A DNA stretch of 23,598 nucleotides, from NCBI GenBank assembly GCA_040289575.1, contig PSLL01000010.1, positions 27,298 to 50,895 of the forward strand. Reading direction: 5' to 3'. A program made the translations under genes and the position numbers. Positions 17,109 through 23,598 of this stretch are shown here, one piece after another (within the stretch, counting starts at the first letter, position 1; each line of letters opens with the position of its first letter). The DNA comes from Candidatus Dadabacteria bacterium. Lineage in GTDB: Bacteria > Desulfobacterota_D > UBA1144 > Nemesobacterales > CSP1-2. The notes below the pieces were generated by a model, which was given only the letters and a program-made list of their open reading frames with translations, made no database searches and was not told the origin of the DNA.

Positions 17109-18797
17109 ATGCAAGCGATGTCAAGATTCAAAGCAAAAATCGATAACATTTGCTTTTCTGTGATTGTACCTGCTTACAATGCTTCAGATACACTGAATGA
17201 GACCATTGCAAGCTTAATTGCTCAGACCTTCCCGAGATGGGAAGCAATCATAGTTGATGACGGCTCAATAGACGACACTGCAGCTATCGCTTACAGTTGG
17301 GCTCAAAGGGATAACCGATTCTGCGTGATTCGTCAGAGTAATGGCGGAGAGAGCGCCGCACGAAATACAGGCATTCGGGCTGCAAGAAACGACTGGTTGG
17401 TTTTCCTCGATTCAGACGATTGGCTTGCTCCGGAGTACCTTGAACGTATGGCAAAACAGATCACAGCGGACCCTAAGCTCGACGCTGTGGTATGCGGTTG
17501 CGTTCGAGTAACCCCATCCGGTCAGTACGGTCCCGCATCGGTCTATACACAATCACTACTAAGTAATCTCTTTCCGGAGTTTGTTAAGGATTGTCCTTTT
17601 GCTCTCCTTAACTGCATAGTGCGGCGCTCACTGGTACAGGAAATTGGAGAATTCGACACGGGTCTTGTTACCTGTGCGGATTGGGACTTTTGGCAACGTG
17701 TTGCGCGCACCGGCGCCCGATTCGGTAACATACCTGAGGTGTTGGCATACTACCGAATGCGCCCGGGCTCCGCCTCTTCAAATGCCGAACGCATTCTTGT
17801 CGATGGACTGACTATTATCCGACGTGGACATGACCGAGATCCCAGGGTTCAATTTCCGCACCCTGACTATGCCGACGGTCTGCCCTCTAATAGTCTATCC
17901 GAGGAATTCTACCGGCACTCCTTGTGGCCTGTCAGTCATAAAATCGTCCGAGGCGAGGATGCCAGACCACTGCTACAATTCCTTGAGGAGGTGCGTGCTC
18001 CAAACCTCAATCCCCTCGAAGTTGCCGCATGCCTTTTCCAATACATACCCCTCGCTGCCAATCGCACATCTAAAGATTGGCCAATACTATGGCCAACCTT
18101 AGTGGTATGGCTCAATGCCTATCTGGTGGCACTTGAAGCCCAGTCTCAGGCAGTGGGTCTAGCTAAACAGACTATCCTTCACCTCGAGCGATTGATCGTC
18201 AATATAGCGGATCTCAAACAGCCAATTACTATCGGAACTACACACGGGGTCCGCATAAATATTGACCTTCCCATCGAGGATGTAAAGGTAGAGGAGGGTG
18301 TTGAGCAGCTAATTTGTCCGGTTGAATCCATGGGGCAGTATATAGGCTCGATTCGTCTGTCTGCCTTTCAAAGGGTCGTATCCAAAAAGGCTATTGCGGA
18401 GGCCATTGAGAATGATCTCGCCTTGCCACTTATGTTGGTTTATTTCCGAATCAAGCTGCCGCGCGATAACACGTTGTTGCATATACGAATTCGCCGATTG
18501 ACACAAGAGAATCAAACCTTGCGTATTCTCTTAGAATTGGCTGGTCTTCTCTCACCCTTGCTACGCTGGCAGTTGCGGGATGGACTGCTGCGCGAGCCGC
18601 TGTTACTAATGCGTTTCCTTTGGCTTACGTTGAGAATGCGGCCTGTGCACATCGCGATTAAAATAATCAGAACCGACCCTGAGTCGCGTCGAAAGAGGTT
18701 TAAAGAGTTCCTTATAAATATGGGGCAGAGGCTTATACGTGAGCAAAAACTAGTGACTATAAAATCTGATGAGGAGATACCGCGACTGCTTTTTTGA
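17109..18797 (+). CDS. GT2 glycosyltransferase with long C-terminal extension
   Basis: SVIVPAYN, VDDGSID, SAARN.G, FLDSDD, DWDFW; about 300 aa of unassigned C-terminal sequence. Confidence 0.9.
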   Translation: MQAMSRFKAKIDNICFSVIVPAYNASDTLNETIASLIAQTFPRWEAIIVDDGSIDDTAAIAYSWAQRDNRFCVIRQSNGGESAARNTGIRAARNDWLVFLDSDDWLAPEYLERMAKQITADPKLDAVVCGCVRVTPSGQYGPASVYTQSLLSNLFPEFVKDCPFALLNCIVRRSLVQEIGEFDTGLVTCADWDFWQRVARTGARFGNIPEVLAYYRMRPGSASSNAERILVDGLTIIRRGHDRDPRVQFPHPDYADGLPSNSLSEEFYRHSLWPVSHKIVRGEDARPLLQFLEEVRAPNLNPLEVAACLFQYIPLAANRTSKDWPILWPTLVVWLNAYLVALEAQSQAVGLAKQTILHLERLIVNIADLKQPITIGTTHGVRINIDLPIEDVKVEEGVEQLICPVESMGQYIGSIRLSAFQRVVSKKAIAEAIENDLALPLMLVYFRIKLPRDNTLLHIRIRRLTQENQTLRILLELAGLLSPLLRWQLRDGLLREPLLLMRFLWLTLRMRPVHIAIKIIRTDPESRRKRFKEFLINMGQRLIREQKLVTIKSDEEIPRLLF

Positions 18798-18822
18798 GGT
18801 TCCCTTTTATGAAGGGTACCTT
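18796..18822. other. Intergenic stem-loop without U-tract
   Basis: GAGGTTCCCTTT-TAT-GAAGGGTACCTT, a 12-position stem with one mismatch and two G-U pairs. Confidence 0.4.
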
Positions 18823-18881
18823 AAACAACACCTTATAACTGCCAATTCATAATCAATATTAGAACTGTGGAGACTAATGAT

Positions 18882-19916
18882 ATGAAGATACCAGGGGTCA
18901 ACCGCTTTCGCAGAGTCGTACGGCGGGTTAAGAGACGATTTGCGCTGGATGGACTTATCCTGATGTACCACAGTGTGAATAATTGGGGATCAGACCCGTG
19001 GTCTTTATGTGTGACGCCGGAATACTTCGCTGAGCAACTAGAGGTGTTACAAAAGTATTGTTTCTCCATGCCGTTGCATCAATTAGTTCAAAAGTGTCGA
19101 GGCGGGAAGATCCCGCGCCGCGCAGTGACCGTTACGTTTGATGATGGCTACGCAGATAACCTACATAATGCAAAACCATTACTGGAACGCTACGGAATAC
19201 CCGCGACGGTTTTTATAACAACTGGGTATATTGGGCGGGCCCGCGAATTCTGGTGGGATGAATTGGAAAGACTCCTCTTACAACCTGGCACACTACCGCA
19301 AACGCTTTGTCTAACTATTAGGGGTAATGCCCATAGGTGGGAGTTGGGCGAATCGGCCTATTACAGCGAAGATGACTACATGCGCCATCATGACCTGAAA
19401 CCATGGGAGGGAAAGGAAGGTTCTCGGCATTTTCTTTATTGTGCACTCTGGCAACTGCTGCAGCCTTTACGGCTGGACGAGCAACAAGAAGTGTTGGATG
19501 AAATAACGGTATGGGCTGGAACTCAACCTGTAGCCCGTCCGACTCATCGTCCCCTTATGGATGAGGAGCTGTCAATACTTCATAAGTGTGGGCTAATCGA
19601 GATTGGCGCACATACAATAACTCATCCTTGTCTTTCTGCACATCCTGTTGCTTTTCAGCAAGATGAAATCCAGCGGAATAAAGCCCAATTAGAGGATTTG
19701 CTGGGGTGTCCGGTAAGTAGTTTTGCATATCCGTACGGGGATTACACACCGGAGACGATCGGCCTCGTTCAAGAGGCGGGATTTGCATGTGCCTGCACTA
19801 CCGTTGAAGAAACCGTCTGGCGACATACTGACTGTTTTCAGCTACCTCGTGTTCAGGTGGAGGGTTGGAATGGAGATGAATTTGAGAAGCGGTTACTGAG
19901 GTGGTTTCATGGTTGA
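18882..19916 (+). CDS. CE4 polysaccharide deacetylase
   Basis: ILMYH, VTFDDGYAD, FWWDEL insertion, GAHTITH, FAYPYG, LPR. ATG 18882 with GGAG RBS preferred over GTG 18867. Confidence 0.93.
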   Translation: MKIPGVNRFRRVVRRVKRRFALDGLILMYHSVNNWGSDPWSLCVTPEYFAEQLEVLQKYCFSMPLHQLVQKCRGGKIPRRAVTVTFDDGYADNLHNAKPLLERYGIPATVFITTGYIGRAREFWWDELERLLLQPGTLPQTLCLTIRGNAHRWELGESAYYSEDDYMRHHDLKPWEGKEGSRHFLYCALWQLLQPLRLDEQQEVLDEITVWAGTQPVARPTHRPLMDEELSILHKCGLIEIGAHTITHPCLSAHPVAFQQDEIQRNKAQLEDLLGCPVSSFAYPYGDYTPETIGLVQEAGFACACTTVEETVWRHTDCFQLPRVQVEGWNGDEFEKRLLRWFHG

Positions 19917-20826
19917 TGCGATTATTAGACAGCCGCTGGTCTCAGTCATCACCATATTTCTAAACGCCGGGAAGTTTATACAGGAGGCTATCGAGAGCGT
20001 CTTCGCCCAGACCTATGGCAAGTGGGAACTTTTGCTTGTAGATGACGGTTCTACAGACGGTAGCACTGAAATTGCGTTAGGGTATGCTAAGCAATATCCC
20101 AAGAGAGTTCGTTATCTTGAACATAATGGTCATCGAAATCGGGGCATGAGCGCTTCGCGCAATTTGGGCATCAGTGATGCTGGGGGGGAATACATCGCCT
20201 TCTTAGATGCCGATGACGTTTGGCTACCGTACAAACTGGAACAGCAGGTGGCGATTCTAGATTCTTATCCTATGGCCGGTATGGTTTTTGGACCTACTCA
20301 ATATTGGTACAGCTGGACCGGTAATTCAGAAGATAGCCAAGGCGACTCGGTGCGGGAAATCGGGGTTCTGCCCAATATGCTTTACCAACCGCCCCAATTG
20401 CTCACGCTTTTATTGCAAAACAGGGCGAATGCACCTGCCACTTGTAGTGTTCTAATAAGGCGCAGGGTGTTTGATGAGGTAGGTGGATTTGAAGATGTCT
20501 TTAGGGGGTTATTTGAGGACAGGGCATTTTTTGCTAAGGTGTATCTTAAAGTGCCGGTGTATGTATCCGGCGAGTGTTGGGATAGGTATCGTCAGCACCC
20601 GGATTCATGCTGCTCGGTTGCTGAGAGAACCGGGCAACTCCAACTCTCGCAGCCAAACTCGGAACACTTAAATTTTTTAAACTGGGTGACGGAGTATTTA
20701 TCCAAACAGGAAATTCGGGACGAGAGGGTCTGGCAGGCTCTTCAAAAGGGATTTTGGCCATATAACCATCCCATTCTATACCGACTTAGCCGAATCAAGA
20801 AGCGATTGGAATATATTTGGAGATAA
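19909..20826 (+). CDS. Glycosyltransferase family 2 (paralogue C)
   Basis: LVSVITIFLNAGKFI.EAIESV, VDDGSTD, FLDADD, FED; 8-bp overlap with the upstream gene. Confidence 0.93.
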   Translation: MVDAIIRQPLVSVITIFLNAGKFIQEAIESVFAQTYGKWELLLVDDGSTDGSTEIALGYAKQYPKRVRYLEHNGHRNRGMSASRNLGISDAGGEYIAFLDADDVWLPYKLEQQVAILDSYPMAGMVFGPTQYWYSWTGNSEDSQGDSVREIGVLPNMLYQPPQLLTLLLQNRANAPATCSVLIRRRVFDEVGGFEDVFRGLFEDRAFFAKVYLKVPVYVSGECWDRYRQHPDSCCSVAERTGQLQLSQPNSEHLNFLNWVTEYLSKQEIRDERVWQALQKGFWPYNHPILYRLSRIKKRLEYIWR

Positions 20827-20836
20827 GTTAATCTCT

Positions 20837-22150
20837 ATGAATGCCTTTAAGCCCTGGAAAATTCTGAATATCGATTTAGGTAAGGGCTTGCCTTCGCTGC
20901 AAATTGATGAGGGCTATCAGGGGCTATATATTGTCTTTTGGTGGTATAGCATTCCGCTTGGTCATCGGGAAATCCCATCTGCTCAATTGCCTATAACTTC
21001 TGAGCAGCTTGCAAATCTAGCGCTTCAAACCATTACTCCGGTAGTCAGCGATCGTCTATTGAAGCAAGGCTTGGGAGGCCATTCAGCCGAGTTATATCAA
21101 AATTCAAGAATTATAAACTCGGGGCAACGAGGTCTTATGATGTTCGATCAATCTCTCTCTAAAGTGCATGAGTATTTGTCAAGGCCTGTGGATGAATCCG
21201 TTTCTGTTATTATATGTACACGGGATAGGTCAGAACAATTGGCAAAGTGCCTACGATCGGTTCAAGATTTATCTCAACATCCCGAAGAGATATTGGTTGT
21301 TGATAACGCACCCAGATCAGACTCCACACGCCAATTAGTCGCGAAGATGCCAAGAATCAGATATATATTGGAACCTCGACCTGGTTTGGGTGTAGCTAGA
21401 AATACAGGTATTCGCAAGAGCACAGGCGACATCGTCGCCTTTATAGATGATGATGTAATGGTTCACCCCGATTGGATCACCCGATTATTACAAGGCTTTA
21501 ATGATCCGAAGGTAATGGCTGTTACCGGGCTTGTTCTGCCAATGGAATTGGAAACGGAAGCCCAGTTTATTTTTGAAAAATACTGGGGCTTTAATCGAGG
21601 ATATATAGCTTTGACCTTCGACAGTCGTTTCTTTGAGGATCATAAGACTTGGGGTGTGCCCGTTTGGCGCATTGGTGCCGGAGCTAATATGGCATTTCGG
21701 CGCAAGGTTTTTGAGTTGGTAGGAAGTTTTGACGAGCGGTTGGGTGTAGGGGCTGCCGGATGTAGTGAGGATTCTGAATTATGGTATCGGATGATTGCTG
21801 AGGGCTGGACTTGTGTCTATGAACCGGCTGCTGTAGTTTATCACAACCATCGTCGGGACACAGATAGCTTAGAGCAGCAGGTGTACTATTATATGCGGGG
21901 GCATGTAGCCGCACTTTTAATTCAGTTTGAAAAGTACAGACACCTTGGTAATCTGCTACGTCTGTTTATTGTTTTACCTGCCTTCTATGTTAAATCCTTT
22001 TTAACTGGGACTTTAAAAGGTTTTGGGCAAAGGCGAGGTACGCTGCCGGTAGAGATTTCGGGCTATTTGTCGGGAATTAAGTTTTACTTAAACAATAGAT
22101 CTTACACGGGTGGGTCTAAAGTAAGGGACATTATGGGTATCGGCTCGTAA
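20837..22150 (+). CDS. GT2 glycosyltransferase with N-terminal extension
   Basis: About 120-aa N-terminal region, then SVIICTRDR, VVDNAP, FIDDD, GAGANMAFRR, EDSE. Confidence 0.92.
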   Translation: MNAFKPWKILNIDLGKGLPSLQIDEGYQGLYIVFWWYSIPLGHREIPSAQLPITSEQLANLALQTITPVVSDRLLKQGLGGHSAELYQNSRIINSGQRGLMMFDQSLSKVHEYLSRPVDESVSVIICTRDRSEQLAKCLRSVQDLSQHPEEILVVDNAPRSDSTRQLVAKMPRIRYILEPRPGLGVARNTGIRKSTGDIVAFIDDDVMVHPDWITRLLQGFNDPKVMAVTGLVLPMELETEAQFIFEKYWGFNRGYIALTFDSRFFEDHKTWGVPVWRIGAGANMAFRRKVFELVGSFDERLGVGAAGCSEDSELWYRMIAEGWTCVYEPAAVVYHNHRRDTDSLEQQVYYYMRGHVAALLIQFEKYRHLGNLLRLFIVLPAFYVKSFLTGTLKGFGQRRGTLPVEISGYLSGIKFYLNNRSYTGGSKVRDIMGIGS

Positions 22151-22219
22151 GGTATGGGGATGTTGAGGCTGCGGGATATGGCAACAGTATGAAAGATTTT
22201 TGTATTTAGGTGATTGTCT

Positions 22220-23137
22220 ATGAGAATTTCTTTAATAATCTGCACCAGAGATAGAGCGGATCTCTTAAAGAGCTGTCTTCAGTCTCTCTCTAAGAGCAGT
22301 GTTGAATTCCATGAGATCATAGTTGTAGATCAGAGCTCAAATATTGCTGCTACCATATCTGTTATAGAAGAGTTATTACCTGTTATACGGAACCTGAGGT
22401 ACATACCCACGGAAACTAGGGGTCTATCTAAGGCAAGAAATGTGGGTATTAAGATTGCTACTGGCGATATAGTAGCCTTTACTGACGATGACTGTATTGT
22501 AACTAGTGATTGGGCTGAAGCCATTATCCATGAATTCAAAAGGGATAAAGATACTATGGCTGTTTATGGGAAGGTACCCCCTGTTTTTGATGGAGCCCGA
22601 ACCAGAAAGATGCTGGCTATTCGCTTGAAAGATAATCGTCAGGAATACAAAAGATTAGTCAATCCCTGGGAGTTTCAATCCGGCAATAATATGGCTCTTA
22701 GAAGAGGGGTTTTTAAAGAGATAGGATATTTTGATGAATTGCTGGGACCAGGGGCCGAATTGAGGAATTGTGATGATGCCGACATGGCCTATAGACTGCT
22801 TCGTTGTGGACTGAAAGTTGTCTATACACCCGAGGCCGTTATATATCACAGACTGTGGAGGAAAGATGTGGAAGCCTTGCGTGTGGAGAAGGATTATAAT
22901 ATCGGTGCGGGTGCGCTATTGATTAAACACCTGCGTTATGGAGATGTGTATATACTCAGACTGATTATTGAGAGACTCCTCATTCGAGGGATAGGAAATA
23001 TTATGTTGGCAGCCCTGACCAGAAGTAGATATAGGTTACTCAGGGGCTATTGCTATCTTTTTGTTACCCACGGGATGTGGAAGGGATTAATGAAGCCGCT
23101 GTCTTTCAAATACAGGGTATTTGAAAAGACAGATTAG
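22220..23137 (+). CDS. Glycosyltransferase family 2
   Basis: SLIICTRDR, VVDQS, GLSKARN.G, FTDDD, GNNMA. ATG 22220 with AGGTGA RBS preferred over TTG 22214. Confidence 0.92.
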   Translation: MRISLIICTRDRADLLKSCLQSLSKSSVEFHEIIVVDQSSNIAATISVIEELLPVIRNLRYIPTETRGLSKARNVGIKIATGDIVAFTDDDCIVTSDWAEAIIHEFKRDKDTMAVYGKVPPVFDGARTRKMLAIRLKDNRQEYKRLVNPWEFQSGNNMALRRGVFKEIGYFDELLGPGAELRNCDDADMAYRLLRCGLKVVYTPEAVIYHRLWRKDVEALRVEKDYNIGAGALLIKHLRYGDVYILRLIIERLLIRGIGNIMLAALTRSRYRLLRGYCYLFVTHGMWKGLMKPLSFKYRVFEKTD

Positions 23138-23215
23138 TGAAAAATAGATTAACCCAAATAGTGCATTAAGAGAATGGCAATGATTCAGAATATATCCAAA
23201 ATTTAGAAATCTTAT

Positions 23216-23243
23216 TTGACAATAGATTATTCTTGTGTAATAA
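23216..23243 (+). promoter_or_regulatory. Putative sigma70 promoter upstream of the riboswitch
   Basis: Perfect TTGACA (23216-23221); weak -10 TAATAA at 16-bp spacing in an AT-rich context. Confidence 0.45.
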
Positions 23244-23302
23244 ATAGAAAAGCTTTGTGCATAAAAGTATCTGAATCACACAATTACAAAATGGTTATCT
23301 CT

Positions 23303-23395
23303 AACCGACAAAGGCAAACCATCCGAAAGGATGAGGCGCAAAACCTTCGGCCTAAAGATTGCGCGAGCAATCTATGGCGGCTGAGTTACCGAAGT
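23303..23395 (+). ncRNA. c-di-GMP-I (GEMM) riboswitch aptamer
   Basis: GGCAAAC-CATCC-GAAA-GGATG-AGGCGCAAAAC-...-GGCCTAA-AGATTGC GCGA GCAATCT-ATGGCGGCTGAGTTACCG. It shows P2 with a GAAA tetraloop, the CGCAAA junction, P3 with a CCTAA/ATGG receptor-like element and a 3' GTTACCG, closely paralleling the Vibrio Vc2 aptamer. Confidence 0.95.
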
Positions 23396-23498
23396 AGGGC
23401 AAGGAGCTTTCTTATTTTATCCCCTTAGCTTCTAATCATCTCAGCTAATGGTTTGCCTCCATCTAGAAGTAACAAAAACTAGTAGGAGGTGACCCATT

Positions 23499-23598
23499 AT
23501 GAGATTTGAGATAAGGGAGATCGTAATTACCTTAGCAATATTTTTGGGGGGAATCACATACGCTTACTCTACTACCTACTATGTCAGTTCTTCGGGGG
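23499..23598 (+). CDS. 5' end of a secreted protein, possibly right-handed beta-helix (pectin-lyase-like); truncated by the window
   Basis: AGGAGG RBS at 23484-23489; MRFEIREIVITLAIFLGGITYAYS|TTYYVSSSG, i.e. a signal peptide followed by a TYYVS..G start motif. Confidence 0.75.
   Translation, partial: MRFEIREIVITLAIFLGGITYAYSTTYYVSSSG

Noticed and set aside
23303..23395. cGAMP-sensing GEMM-Ib riboswitch variant
   Set aside because: The position equivalent to Vc2 nt 20 is G (23313), not A, and the C92 equivalent is intact, which indicates c-di-GMP.
23216..23428. 70-aa ORF in the track
   Set aside because: It starts within the TTGACA box and overlaps the riboswitch; no RBS or recognisable protein features.

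Overview
Bacterial chromosomal window in three parts. (1) 1-7.1 kb is housekeeping: xseB-ispA-tlyA, a TalC/MipB-family transaldolase, rpsT, holA, lipB, ndk and an O-antigen-ligase-family membrane protein. The gene set is deltaproteobacteria-like, which is an impression and was not tested. (2) 7.1-10.2 kb is an eroded accessory patch: a decayed DDE transposase, a zf-UBP zinc-finger gene, a DUF5996-like gene with several internal deletions, an orphan Cys-rich secreted protein and a 766-bp AT-rich intergenic region with repeated dyad motifs. (3) 10.3-23.1 kb is a co-directional ABC-transporter-dependent glycan cluster: wzm, wzt with a C-terminal extension, seven GT2-domain proteins, a SAM methyltransferase and two CE4 deacetylase domains. 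Directly after it is a clear c-di-GMP-I (GEMM) riboswitch, whose expression platform can be read as a translational OFF switch, ahead of a secreted protein cut off by the window end. No tRNA, rRNA or CRISPR array was seen. All family calls are from motif recognition, not database searches.
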